Source: Minisyncoccota bacterium
GTDB taxonomy: Bacteria; Patescibacteriota; Minisyncoccia; Phycocordibacterales; PALSA-1337
Length of the DNA: 64,000 bases
Reading direction: 5' to 3'
Assembly: GCA_041665325.1 (NCBI GenBank)
Contig: JBAYJB010000004.1
Location: 1,048-65,047, forward strand
The notes beneath the pieces are model-generated. The model ran no database searches. It was not told where the DNA came from and was given only the letters and a program-made list of their open reading frames with translations. Position numbers and translations under genes: made by a program. Below, in pieces: positions 50,698 to 60,100 of this stretch. Position 1 is the stretch's first letter; each line of letters begins with the position of its first letter.

Positions 50698-51530
50698 TGG
50701 TATATACTGAAACAGTGAAACGCCTATACCTCCTATCCATGGTCATGGTGCCATTGCTACAGATCACGCCGGCCAATATATACCAGGGCGAGCCGGTCAT
50801 GGTCACTGTCCAGGGCACGACCTCGGTCCCTGTGAAGAGCGTACCTCCCTTATTGTTCTTCATGTATCAGGGCAGACCCACAGCTCTCTATGGGAACGAT
50901 ATAAACAAAACACCGGGCACAACTACGGTCGTCGCCACATTCCGGGACGGCTCGCGGGCATCCGGGTCATACCTCGTTCTGCCCCGATTGCGGCCACAGG
51001 AATCCATGCCCGTCCCAGTCGCGATCGGCGGTAATAGCCCGGCCAATCAGACACGGATCCTTTCCATTCTGGCCAAGGAGAATGCCGAGCTCGCCGCGGT
51101 CTATTCCCGCAAAGACAAAGCTCTTTGGACCAGCGCCTTCGCCTATCCGGTCGCCGACCCATTTGTGACCGATCCATACGGCTATGACCGCGACAGCGGC
51201 CTCAGTGTAATCACTCACAAGGGTTCCGACTTCCGCGCCGCGACTGGCACCCCGATCCACGCCGTCAATCGCGGCGTAGTCAGGGTGGCGAAGACCTTCG
51301 TGATGTACGGCAACACCGCCATCGTCTACCACGACCTCGGCCTCCTCTCGATGTATATGCATCTCTCGAAGCTCGCCGTCGTGCCCGGACAGCTGGTCGA
51401 GAAGGGTCAGCTCGTGGGCCTCTCCGGCATGACCGGCTACGCCGAAGGCCCGCATCTGCATCTTACTGTGCGCGTGGGCGGCATATCGATCGACCCCATG
51501 AAATTCTTCGCTTTGTTCGGAGTGAGATAA
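50697..51530 (+). CDS. M23 family metallopeptidase (LytM-like)
   Basis: HKGSDF...GTPIHAV...GPHLHLTV: HxxxD and HxH motifs. Confidence 0.85.
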   Translation: MVYTETVKRLYLLSMVMVPLLQITPANIYQGEPVMVTVQGTTSVPVKSVPPLLFFMYQGRPTALYGNDINKTPGTTTVVATFRDGSRASGSYLVLPRLRPQESMPVPVAIGGNSPANQTRILSILAKENAELAAVYSRKDKALWTSAFAYPVADPFVTDPYGYDRDSGLSVITHKGSDFRAATGTPIHAVNRGVVRVAKTFVMYGNTAIVYHDLGLLSMYMHLSKLAVVPGQLVEKGQLVGLSGMTGYAEGPHLHLTVRVGGISIDPMKFFALFGVR

Positions 51531-51546
51531 GAGCGAGTATCGATAT

Positions 51547-51834
51547 ATGAAAGCGCCCAGAATGATCGACATCAAAGTCCCACCTGACCTGCGCAAGGCT
51601 CTCGCGGCTGCCCCGCAGGCCCGGAACACGTGGACGGACATCACACCGATCGCGCGCCGGGACTGGATCCTCTGGATCATCACGGCCAAACTAGCGGAGA
51701 CACGCAAGCGCCGGATCGAGAAAGCCTGCAACATGCTCTCCCGCGGCAAGCGCCGAGCATGCTGCTTCGGCGGCATAAACTGGCTTATGAAGACGGGCCA
51801 GTTGCCTGTTCGTAGTAGTCGCAAGGGCTCTTAA
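51547..51834 (+). CDS. YdeI/OmpD-associated family protein
   Basis: WTDITPIARRDWILWIITAKLAETRKRRIEKACNML matches the YdeI/OmdA pattern. Confidence 0.6.
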   Translation: MKAPRMIDIKVPPDLRKALAAAPQARNTWTDITPIARRDWILWIITAKLAETRKRRIEKACNMLSRGKRRACCFGGINWLMKTGQLPVRSSRKGS

Positions 51835-51882
51835 ACTTTTCCAATCTTGATTTTGTTAGCCGTTTGGAAAGAAGCTGGAAAC

Positions 51883-52344
51883 TTACTTCCAAATCTCCCA
51901 AATCATCATAAGCACCACAAACCATAAAACCAAAATCGCATATGCAGGAAATTGTGAAGTGAATCTGTCGAAGAAATCTGATTCATGCTTCTCACCTCTA
52001 ATTCTCCCAGACAACAGGTACCAAATCGATTGCTTCAAATTAAGGGAAACATCTTTATTGACATTATTTAATGCATTTAGTTCTTTCATTGCTTTTGTAT
52101 TCAATCCGATAGTTTCTGAATAATAGATCTGAAGAGACAGTATCATCAGAAGCAGTAAAATTGTTGCCAAATACTTTATTGTAATCGTAACAGAAAATAA
52201 ATCACCCGCACTTCCTAATGCAAGCAAGGCGATCATTAGACCAGACAATATGGGAAGTATTGCAAACTTGTCTCTTGTTGATTGAACAGATAGGTCTAAG
52301 AGATACTCTTTAAATTTTTGTTTATTATAATTTTCTTGTGACAT
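51883..52344 (-). CDS. Hypothetical membrane protein, low GC
   Basis: Two or three TM helices and about 33% GC. Confidence 0.45.
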   Translation of the reverse strand: MSQENYNKQKFKEYLLDLSVQSTRDKFAILPILSGLMIALLALGSAGDLFSVTITIKYLATILLLLMILSLQIYYSETIGLNTKAMKELNALNNVNKDVSLNLKQSIWYLLSGRIRGEKHESDFFDRFTSQFPAYAILVLWFVVLMMIWEIWK

Positions 52345-52392
52345 CTGGACTGTTTTATTTGCTGGCAGTTTGGTTCGATGTTGGAACTAACT

Positions 52393-53535
52393 TCACTGAT
52401 AAATCTCAGGGATCTTCAGTCCAGTAAAATGATCTGTGAGTAGTTTGCCTGTTAGCATCCCGTTAGTAAGTCCGTTTCCTGAATGACCAAATATTTCATA
52501 ATATCCATTATTATTTTGAATATGTGGGTGATAATCGCTTGTAGAAACCATGAGCCCACTCCATCGATGGGAAATTCTAAGACCCTCTTTCTTGAGCGTT
52601 GGGAAGAATGAGAGTAGTTTTGTAATCTGCCAATTTTCGTTATCAATCAACTCTTCTTTGGTTGGATTTATCGGAAGATTCTTACACGCAAATAGCCGGA
52701 TACCTATTTTTCTACAAGAGATGTATTCCTCGCCAGTCGTCCACAACATGCCTCCGATTTGCCAATCGATCTCATCCCATTTTTCTTTTGATAGTGGCTC
52801 AGTTACTACGGCTTGTGAGCGTACTATCTTCACTCCTTGTCCCATATTAGAATTAGCACTTTCGATTGCTACAACAACTCTCTTTGAGCTGATCACCCCT
52901 TCTAAAGTAATGACTTTGTGGGCATCGAAATCAAGAGCGGGAGTATGTTCGTATATTCTTAATCCCGATCGTTCGGCCACCTCAGCAAGCCCTCTGATGA
53001 ATTTTACCGGGTGAAGCAAAAGATCCGACGGGTTGAACAAGGCTGTGCTAAATGGACTTCTCTCTAACTGCCTCCCGTTCTCTATCATTTCGCATACAAA
53101 GCCGGACTCCGTTCTCTTTTCTGCCTCCATACGCAATTGTCTGTCATCACTATCGCTACGGCTCACATACAAGCTTCCTGGATTTTCTAGATCGCAATCA
53201 ATCTTATTATCTTTTATGACCGACTCCACTAGCTTCCTCGCTTCTATAGTATGCTCCCACAAATCTTTCGCTATCTTTAAACCAAACTCCTCTATCGCTT
53301 CATTGAAATCCAACTCCATCCCCTCAACTACCATTCCACCATTCCTTCCGGCTGAACCAAAAGCGATGGTATCTTTTTCAATCAAAATGGTTTTAAACCC
53401 TGCTTTGACACAATGATAAGCAGTAGAAACACCAGTGATTCCTCCTCCGATAACAACCACGTCCGCATCTGCATCCTCCTTAAGAGCGGTACGAGAGGTG
53501 TATGGCATGTCTAACCAATAGGGTAAATCTTTCAT
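52393..53535 (-). CDS. FAD-dependent oxidoreductase (DAO/glycine oxidase-like)
   Basis: N-terminal dinucleotide-binding motif VVVIGGGITG; low GC. Confidence 0.8.
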   Translation of the reverse strand: MKDLPYWLDMPYTSRTALKEDADADVVVIGGGITGVSTAYHCVKAGFKTILIEKDTIAFGSAGRNGGMVVEGMELDFNEAIEEFGLKIAKDLWEHTIEARKLVESVIKDNKIDCDLENPGSLYVSRSDSDDRQLRMEAEKRTESGFVCEMIENGRQLERSPFSTALFNPSDLLLHPVKFIRGLAEVAERSGLRIYEHTPALDFDAHKVITLEGVISSKRVVVAIESANSNMGQGVKIVRSQAVVTEPLSKEKWDEIDWQIGGMLWTTGEEYISCRKIGIRLFACKNLPINPTKEELIDNENWQITKLLSFFPTLKKEGLRISHRWSGLMVSTSDYHPHIQNNNGYYEIFGHSGNGLTNGMLTGKLLTDHFTGLKIPEIYQ

Positions 53536-53589
53536 ACAATTATTATACTCTGATTTACTGACGTGTGGGACGAAGTCGGAACTTCAATG

Positions 53590-54483
53590 TCATTCTCTCA
53601 ACAAAATCACTCCGAGTACCAAAATTGCAAAAAATAGGATCTTTTTAAGAAGATGTCCTTTGTGTAGATCTTCTTTGAATAATGATGGGAAGAAACCTCG
53701 ACCTAACCAAGCAAAGATAAGCAGGTAGAAAGGCGAGATCATAGTTATTCCCTTAACCACGCTAACCGAGGTCAGTGAGATTGCGTATGCTTCGGCTGCT
53801 AAACCAAAGAAGGTGAGCATCTCTTCTAGTAAAAACAGAGGCGATAGTCTTATGAATGTCGGCAGTGATGCCTTTATATCATGCCGTACGCGAGGAAAAG
53901 CCAGTAGTGATAAAGCTAAGACCAGGGCAATGACCGCCTCGCCGCCTATCGCAGTGCTAACCGATACCCCCTTATCAAATAGCAGCTTGAATAACACTCC
54001 TTCAAACGCAAGAATGAATGCCGCAAGCCCTATGTGCCACATGGCTTTGCTGAACCTGAACTTGGCTTTAGTGTGATGCAACCCAAGCGCTATCACGCTC
54101 GTAACGATCAGAGCGATTCCGATATACTGGACCAGATCAAGCCTCTCTCCGACGATAAGAAAAGCCAGTACTGGAATAAATAGCCTGCCTATAGCGAAAA
54201 ACGAAATTGCTATAGAGGTATCATCAGATTGTAACCCTTTGTAGTATGGATAGAGATACCCAATACTGATGAAGCCTAGAATGACAAAGATGGGCAACGT
54301 ATGAAGGGGTGGGATTTGCGGTGGATCAAATAAGAAAAGAACGGGTATGAAAATAAGATTGAAAAGAGAGGTATAAAATACCAACGTAAGAAGCTTCTTG
54401 AATTTTTTGTTCGCTAGAAAGTTGTCAAAAACTTCTGCGATCGAGTACAAGGCCGGTGCCAGAAAAGCAAAGAATAGCCACAT
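53590..54483 (-). CDS. Polytopic membrane protein, probably a DMT/EamA-like transporter
   Basis: About 10 TM helices and internal duplication; low GC. Confidence 0.5.
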   Translation of the reverse strand: MWLFFAFLAPALYSIAEVFDNFLANKKFKKLLTLVFYTSLFNLIFIPVLFLFDPPQIPPLHTLPIFVILGFISIGYLYPYYKGLQSDDTSIAISFFAIGRLFIPVLAFLIVGERLDLVQYIGIALIVTSVIALGLHHTKAKFRFSKAMWHIGLAAFILAFEGVLFKLLFDKGVSVSTAIGGEAVIALVLALSLLAFPRVRHDIKASLPTFIRLSPLFLLEEMLTFFGLAAEAYAISLTSVSVVKGITMISPFYLLIFAWLGRGFFPSLFKEDLHKGHLLKKILFFAILVLGVILLRE

Positions 54484-54503
54484 GTGCGAATTATATCACA
54501 GGT

Positions 54504-54845
54504 CTAATTAACCAAGAGTGATATCAAATAATCCTTGATTACAAAAACCAATATTACAAAACATGCTGTACCCAGTAGTGACATTTTTGAATAATTGTCT
54601 TCATGTGTCTTGCCTCTCGATAGAAGAAAGGTCAGTTCATCTATAAACAACCCTAACCCGATTGCGCATAAAATAATCGAGTTAAAAAGATATCCGATTA
54701 TTAATATGATGAGACCATACACATAATGATGAACCCTGAATCCAAAAATAGTAGGGCCCGGTGTCGGACAAACAAAAAGAAAAATACGCGCTATGAGAAT
54801 AGTCGCGAGAAAAATTGTAAAAAACATCTGGCTAGTTTCTAACAT
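54504..54845 (-). CDS. Small membrane protein (start trimmed to avoid the tRNA-Gln)
   Basis: Hydrophobic ORF; the N-terminal part of the track ORF is the antisense of the tRNA and the repeats. Confidence 0.4.
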   Translation of the reverse strand: MLETSQMFFTIFLATILIARIFLFVCPTPGPTIFGFRVHHYVYGLIILIIGYLFNSIILCAIGLGLFIDELTFLLSRGKTHEDNYSKMSLLGTACFVILVFVIKDYLISLLVN

Positions 54846-54851
54846 GATTTG

Positions 54852-54922
54852 CTGCGGGACTTGGACTCGAACCAAGATAACGACCTCCAGAGGGTCGCGT
54901 CCTACCATTAGACGATCCCGCA
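54852..54922 (-). tRNA. tRNA-Gln (anticodon CUG)
   Basis: Folded by hand: U1-A72 acceptor pair (typical of bacterial tRNA-Gln), D-arm GTCT/AATGGTA/GGAC, anticodon loop CUCUGGA, T-arm CTTGG/TTCGAGT/CCAAG; CCA is not encoded. Confidence 0.8.
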
Positions 54923-55004
54923 AAGTTAAACAACGGACCCTCGGACCATTCATGATCCCGCAAAGTTAAACAACGGACCCTCGGACCATTCATGATCCCG
55001 CAAG
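54914..55004 (-). repeat. 2.3 tandem copies of a 40-nt unit (GATCCCGCAAAGTTAAACAACGGACCCTCGGACCATTCAT); each unit is a deletion derivative of the tRNA-Gln 5' half, and the first copy overlaps the tRNA 5' end
   Basis: Perfect 40-nt tandem identity, with unit alignment to the tRNA acceptor, D and anticodon arms. Confidence 0.85.
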
Positions 55005-55044
55005 TACCATACAAAATACGCTAAAAAGACCGAATATTCAAGGG

Positions 55045-55326
55045 TTAGCCAAAGAGCTTGGAATGACTACCAATGCGCCATAAGATGACACTCGCAGTCG
55101 ACTGATCTATCCTATATATCACAAGTAGATCGAAACTCAGGTGATATTCGCGATATTCAGACATGTCACCTCCCAGAGCATGGTCTTGATAGATATCATC
55201 GAGCCTCACACCCATAGCCAAAGTTCTAATAGTATATGCAAACTTCCCACGGTCAAAAAAACCGGACTTAGCGAGTTTCCGGAATTCTTTTTTGAACCTT
55301 CTGCTGTATATGACCGCGTATATCAA
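55045..55326 (-). CDS. yafQ: Type II toxin, YafQ/RelE family mRNA interferase
   Basis: HALGGDMSEYREYHLSFDLLVIYRID...WRIGSHSKLF matches the YafQ pattern (H.L.G...Y.E.H...D.LLIY...R.GTH..LF). Confidence 0.75.
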   Translation of the reverse strand: MIYAVIYSRRFKKEFRKLAKSGFFDRGKFAYTIRTLAMGVRLDDIYQDHALGGDMSEYREYHLSFDLLVIYRIDQSTASVILWRIGSHSKLFG

Positions 55327-55599
55327 CTAGGACATCATATCATCCATCATTTCTTCGACGCTAGAGAATCTCTTGCTAAGCTTTTCAGTTCTTACTTGAC
55401 GTAAGAACTTCTGCTCTTGCGCTACAGTATAACCATTTACAGTCAATCCCTTGATAGGTAGAGACTTGCTCCTTACCACCTGTGTGAGAAAAACCTTGAT
55501 CGCCGACGAGAGGTCCATACCCAGCTCCTTCAAGATCTTCTGGGCCTTGGCCTTGGTGGATGCGTCGATGCGCAGTTGTAGTGTGGTATCCATGCTCAT
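55327..55599 (-). CDS. dinJ: Type II antitoxin, DinJ/RelB family
   Basis: LQLRIDASTKAKAQKILKELGMDLSSAIKVFLTQVVRSKSLPI: ribbon-helix-helix N-terminus typical of DinJ. Confidence 0.75.
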   Translation of the reverse strand: MSMDTTLQLRIDASTKAKAQKILKELGMDLSSAIKVFLTQVVRSKSLPIKGLTVNGYTVAQEQKFLRQVRTEKLSKRFSSVEEMMDDMMS

Positions 55600-55605
55600 G
55601 GCTCC

Positions 55606-55633
55606 AGTATAGACGATGTACGTACATTGTCAA
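55606..55633 (-). promoter_or_regulatory. Consensus promoter TTGACA-N16-TATACT with the 12-nt palindrome ATGTACGTACAT in the spacer (putative TA operator). The ATG lies 6 nt after the -10 box.
   Basis: Reverse strand TTGACAatgtacgtacatcgtcTATACTggagccATG. Confidence 0.6.
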
Positions 55634-55645
55634 TACACGCCAGAT

Positions 55646-57454
55646 CTAGGCAAACAACTCTTTCTTGATCGAGATCTTCTTTGAACCGGGTTTCGCGGCT
55701 TCTTTGGCATCCGGCTCTGCATGCCTCTTGGATTGGTTGTCCTTGTTCCGCACCTTGGCCGCCTTCATGAAGGCCGTAAATAAGGGGTGCGGCATGAGTG
55801 GGCGAGCGAGGAGTTCGGGATGGAACTGGGTACCGAGGAAGAATGGGTGCTTGGAACGCGGTAGCTCGGCGATCTCCATGAGCACGCCATCGGGCGACTT
55901 GCCCGAGAAGACCAGACCTCCCTTCTCCAGGCGCTCGACATACTTGGGATTGACCTCGTAGCGGTGGCGATGACGTTCCTTGATGAGCGTGGTCGGCCGC
56001 TTGAGCCTCTCTCCATCGAAGATCGAGTAGGCATCCTGCGCGATTGAGCCCTTGGCGAGCTTGGCCGGGTAGAGGCCGAGACGCATCGAACCGCCGTACT
56101 TGCCTTCGGCAATGAGCTTCTTCTGGTCCGGCATGATGTCGATGACTGGATGTGGCGACTTTGGGTCGATCTCGGCGGTATGAGCGCCCTGGAGGTGCAG
56201 GACATGCCTGGCATACTCGATAGTCATGAGCTGCATGCCATAGCACAGTCCGAAGTACGGGATGTTGTGCTTCCTAGCATATCCGATGACATTGAGCTTG
56301 CCCTCTATACCGCTCTCACCGAAGCCCCCCGGTACGATGATGCCGTCCAGATCGTCGAGTGACGCATAGTCTGGGTCCTTACTCTCAAAATCGCGAGAAT
56401 TGATGCTGTGGATGACCGCCTTGACCCCATTGGCATAAGCCGAGAATTTGATGGCCTCAAGGACCGAGATATAGGAATCGGAGAGGATGAAGTCCCCGGT
56501 ATTGAAATATTTACCTACTACACCGATCGAAACTTCGTGGCGGGTGTGATTCTTGACGCCGCGAGCCATCTTCTTCCAGTCCAGGAAGAACTTGTTGGTC
56601 TTGCGGTCAGAAATATTCAGGAGCTCTAGGATGATCTCGCCCAAGCGATCATGCTCGAAGTTGACCGGCACGTCATATATACTCTCGATGTCCGGCGCCG
56701 AGACTACCCGCTTCGGCAGGATATTGCAGGCGGCGGCGATCTTCTCCTTGCGCTTCTGGTCGAGCGGGATCTCCGAACGGCCGATGATGATATCGGTATT
56801 GACGCCGTACGAGGCCAGTTGGTTGACGGCATTCTGGGTCGGACGCGTCTTCATCTCCCCCAACTTCGAGGGGATAGGCAGGTACGAGACCATCACGAAG
56901 GCCACATCGTGCGGGTGGCGGATCTTGAGAGTGCGGGCGGCCTCGATGAACATGATGTTCTGGTAGTCGCCGATGGTGCCGCCGATCTCGATGATGGAGA
57001 TATCGGACTTGTTGACTTTGACGGCATGCTCGAACCGGCCGATGATCTCGTCGCGGATATGCGGGATGGCTTCGACACACTTACCGCCATAGCCGAGCGC
57101 ACGCTCGCGCTCGATGACATGCTTATAGACCATACCGCTTGTGACATAGTCTGCATCGGTCAGGTCGCGACCGAGGAAACGCTCATAGTTACCCATGTCC
57201 TGGTCGGTCTCTAGACCGGAATTGAGCACGAATACTTCACCATGCTCGGTCGGATTCATGGTGCCGGCGTCTACATTCAAATACGGGTCGACTTTGACCA
57301 GGTTGACGCGGAAACCCTTGGCCGAGAGGAGCGTGCCGATCGAGGAGGTGGCTACGCCCTTCCCCACGCCCGACATCACGCCGCCGAGGACGAAAATATA
57401 CTTATGGTGAGTTTTACCCTTGGATATCCGCGACTTTCTGGCCGGGCGTTTCAT
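55646..57454 (-). CDS. pyrG: CTP synthase
   Basis: N-terminal synthetase domain (YIFVLGGVMSGVGKG), a C-terminal GATase with the catalytic Cys (GLCYGMQ), and TACAAT 6 nt upstream of the internal ATG chosen as start. Confidence 0.93.
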   Translation of the reverse strand: MKRPARKSRISKGKTHHKYIFVLGGVMSGVGKGVATSSIGTLLSAKGFRVNLVKVDPYLNVDAGTMNPTEHGEVFVLNSGLETDQDMGNYERFLGRDLTDADYVTSGMVYKHVIERERALGYGGKCVEAIPHIRDEIIGRFEHAVKVNKSDISIIEIGGTIGDYQNIMFIEAARTLKIRHPHDVAFVMVSYLPIPSKLGEMKTRPTQNAVNQLASYGVNTDIIIGRSEIPLDQKRKEKIAAACNILPKRVVSAPDIESIYDVPVNFEHDRLGEIILELLNISDRKTNKFFLDWKKMARGVKNHTRHEVSIGVVGKYFNTGDFILSDSYISVLEAIKFSAYANGVKAVIHSINSRDFESKDPDYASLDDLDGIIVPGGFGESGIEGKLNVIGYARKHNIPYFGLCYGMQLMTIEYARHVLHLQGAHTAEIDPKSPHPVIDIMPDQKKLIAEGKYGGSMRLGLYPAKLAKGSIAQDAYSIFDGERLKRPTTLIKERHRHRYEVNPKYVERLEKGGLVFSGKSPDGVLMEIAELPRSKHPFFLGTQFHPELLARPLMPHPLFTAFMKAAKVRNKDNQSKRHAEPDAKEAAKPGSKKISIKKELFA

Positions 57455-57532
57455 GCCTCTATTGTAATCAAGCCCCAAGCCTCTTGTCTACTTGGACAAG
57501 TATCCTGATATGTGTCACTAGGAAAAATAAGT

Positions 57533-58498
57533 TTATACCCTCAGATACCTCCTCGCCGCTATATAGCTAGAGATACCGCCCAGAATGATGCCAGAGCCCA
57601 AAATGATGCCAAATAGCTGGCCGAAATTCCTGGTGAAATAGTCCGAAAAGACATTTACGGCAAAAGCGAAGTTCGCGGCAGTGTCCACCCCGGCAAAACG
57701 CAGGATCAGCGCATCGCTCCAGTAGGCCACCGCTGCAATGACTATGAGCGCGATGATGCCAGCGACGATGCCGTACATCATGCCCGAGATCACTAATGGT
57801 CCGCGAACATATATATTCGACGCTCCGACGAGCTTCATCACCGAGATCTCGTCGCGCGCCGTGAAAGTGATAAGGCGGATGGTGTTGAAGACGACGACGA
57901 CGGCTACGATAGCAAAGATGATCGTGATGATGATGCCGGTCTGTTCCACCGCCGGGATGATCCGGCCTAAGCGGTCGATGATCAGCTTGTTCTCCTGATA
58001 GTTGATCTTGTCGATGATCGGAGCTCCGGACTCGTCCGTCGGGCTCTTATTCTCCAGATAATTGGCGATGCCGCCATACTGGCCGGGGTCCTTGGCTTTG
58101 ACATTGAGCGAGGCGGGGAATGGATTGCTGCCAAGTTCCTGGAGGCCCTGCATGATGAGCGTGTTGTTCTGCCATTTGGTCTGGAAATCCGCGAGCGCCT
58201 GGTCGCGCGAAACAAAGACAGTCGAGTCTACTTCGGCGAGATCGTCGATCTCCCCTCTCAAGGCCAGGATGCTCTGCTCCGAAGCCGAAAGGGAGAAATA
58301 GATGTTGATATCCACCTGGCTCTTCACTTCCTTGAGCATGGCCTGGCCGAAGGCCCCTGCGAAGATGAGCGCCCCGAAGGAGAGGAGCGTGATCGTCAGG
58401 ATCACGATCGCGGTGAATGACAGGAAGCCGTTGCGCCAGAAGTTGACGAAGCCGGTCTTGAATATTCTCTTGGGAGTGGTGAGGATCATGATCTTCAT
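57533..58498 (-). CDS. ftsX: Cell-division ABC transporter permease FtsX
   Basis: 4 TM segments with a large periplasmic loop; located downstream of ftsE. Confidence 0.85.
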   Translation of the reverse strand: MKIMILTTPKRIFKTGFVNFWRNGFLSFTAIVILTITLLSFGALIFAGAFGQAMLKEVKSQVDINIYFSLSASEQSILALRGEIDDLAEVDSTVFVSRDQALADFQTKWQNNTLIMQGLQELGSNPFPASLNVKAKDPGQYGGIANYLENKSPTDESGAPIIDKINYQENKLIIDRLGRIIPAVEQTGIIITIIFAIVAVVVVFNTIRLITFTARDEISVMKLVGASNIYVRGPLVISGMMYGIVAGIIALIVIAAVAYWSDALILRFAGVDTAANFAFAVNVFSDYFTRNFGQLFGIILGSGIILGGISSYIAARRYLRV

Positions 58499-58504
58499 TA
58501 TAGC

Positions 58505-59185
58505 TTACAGGACGTATTTGCCGTGCTTGTCGTCGAGCACGATCTTGCCGTTCTTCATGGTGATGATGCGGCCGCCGACCGTGTCGACTACGCCCTTGTT
58601 GTGGGTGGCGAGGAGCACCGTCGTGCCAAGCTCGTTGATCTTCTGCAGGATGCGGATGATCTCGAAAGTGTTGGCCGGGTCGAGGTTGCCGGTCGGCTCG
58701 TCGGCAATGATTACATCGGGCTGAGTGACGATAGCCCGGGCGATGGCCACACGCTGGCTCTCGCCGCCGGACAATTCCCTGGGAAAATTCCAGATCTTGT
58801 GGCCGATATCGACGAGTTCGAGGACATGCGGCACATCAGCGGCGATCTCGGCATCGGTGCGCCCGGCCGCTTCCATGGCGAAAGCGATATTCTCGTAGAC
58901 GGTCTTTGTGGGGATGAGGCGGTAATCCTGGAAGACTGTGCCGATACGGCGGCGCAGCCGGTTGGTCTCCTTCTTGTTCAGACGGTGGATGTTCGCGGAC
59001 TCAAAAAAGACCGCTCCCTCGGTCGGCCGATCTTCGGCGATGAGGAGGCGCATGAGCGTGGTCTTGCCGGCGCCGCTGTGGCCGACAATCGTGACAAATT
59101 CTTTGGGCTCCACGCCAAAACTGATATCTTCCAGGGCCTTGGTCTTGTCTTTGAAGACTTTGCTGACTTTGTCGTAATAGATCAC
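58505..59185 (-). CDS. ftsE: Cell-division ABC transporter ATPase FtsE
   Basis: Walker A GHSGAGKT, the ABC signature LSGGESQR and Walker B. The printed sequence has GTG at 59184-59186 where the track ends the ORF at 59185; I treat the start codon as probably GTG. Confidence 0.9.
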   Translation of the reverse strand: MIYYDKVSKVFKDKTKALEDISFGVEPKEFVTIVGHSGAGKTTLMRLLIAEDRPTEGAVFFESANIHRLNKKETNRLRRRIGTVFQDYRLIPTKTVYENIAFAMEAAGRTDAEIAADVPHVLELVDIGHKIWNFPRELSGGESQRVAIARAIVTQPDVIIADEPTGNLDPANTFEIIRILQKINELGTTVLLATHNKGVVDTVGGRIITMKNGKIVLDDKHGKYVL

Positions 59186-59192
59186 TTATGGA

Positions 59193-60080
59193 TTATAACA
59201 TCTTCTCGGCCTCGATGAACTCTTGGATTTCCCCGTCCAGAACCTTGTCTACTTGGGAAGTCTCGACATCCGTGCGGTGGTCTTTGACCATCTTGTATGG
59301 GTGCAAGACATATGAGCGGATCTGATTGCCCCATTCGATCGAGGTCGTCGAGGAGAGCTGCATACCCTTCTCTTTGGCGATGCGCTCGTCCTCTGCCCGC
59401 TTCCAGAGCTTGCCGCGCAGGATGTCCATGGCCTTCTCGCGATTCTGTGCTTGCGAGCGCTCGGAAGTGACGTGGATAGAGATGCCTGTCGGCTTGTGGA
59501 GGAGGCGCACGGCAGTCTCGCGCTTGTTCACATTCTGGCCGCCGGGGCCGCCAGACTTGGCAATCGAGACTTCGATGTCGGCGTCGGCAATGACGATGTC
59601 GCTCGAGGAAGTCTTCTCAAACTTGGGGATGACCTCGACGAGCGAGAATGACGTGTGCCGCTTGGCATTGGAATCGAACGGTGAGACGCGGACCAGACGA
59701 TGGACGCCAGACTCATTCTTGAGCGTACCATAGACGTCTTTTCCTTTGATCTCGACGGTGAGGTTGCGGTAGCCGCCGTGATCGTTGGTATTCTCATGGA
59801 TGACTGTCCAGCCCCAGCCGTTGCCATCGGAGTATCGGCGATACATGCGCAGGAGCATGGCCGAGAAGTCCTCGGCATCGTCTCCACCAGCGCCGGAAAG
59901 GATCGAGAGCAGGGCGTCGCCCTTGTCGTATTTGCCGATGCCTTCGAGCTCGTTCTTAAGATTCTGGAGCTCCCTGACGGCCGCCTGGGCCTTGCCCTTG
60001 TCGGACCAAAAGTCCCCCGAGGCCATCTCGGTCTCCAGTTCGGCGATGCGCTTGGCGATGTTTTCTTTGTTGTCTGCCAT
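59193..60080 (-). CDS. prfB: Peptide chain release factor 2, single continuous frame (start MADNKEN at 60080)
   Basis: SPF tripeptide (VRVSPFDS) and the GGQ motif. The N-terminal 27 aa of the track ORF run through tRNA-Thr and are rejected. Confidence 0.9.
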   Translation of the reverse strand: MADNKENIAKRIAELETEMASGDFWSDKGKAQAAVRELQNLKNELEGIGKYDKGDALLSILSGAGGDDAEDFSAMLLRMYRRYSDGNGWGWTVIHENTNDHGGYRNLTVEIKGKDVYGTLKNESGVHRLVRVSPFDSNAKRHTSFSLVEVIPKFEKTSSSDIVIADADIEVSIAKSGGPGGQNVNKRETAVRLLHKPTGISIHVTSERSQAQNREKAMDILRGKLWKRAEDERIAKEKGMQLSSTTSIEWGNQIRSYVLHPYKMVKDHRTDVETSQVDKVLDGEIQEFIEAEKML

Positions 60081-60100
60081 AGTGAGTGCTTCTAATTCCT

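Noticed and set aside
54846-54953. N-terminal extensions of the track ORFs 54504-54953 and 59193-60161
   Set aside because: The extensions are the reverse complement of tRNA-Gln and tRNA-Thr respectively, so both proteins were trimmed to internal Met codons.
54914-55004. Possible CRISPR array
   Set aside because: There are only 2.3 contiguous repeat units with no spacers, the units derive from the adjacent tRNA, and there are no cas genes.
58505-59186. Exact start coordinate of ftsE
   Set aside because: By my count of the printed sequence the start codon is GTG at 59184-59186, one nt off the track end. I kept the track coordinates and note the ambiguity rather than inventing a frameshift.
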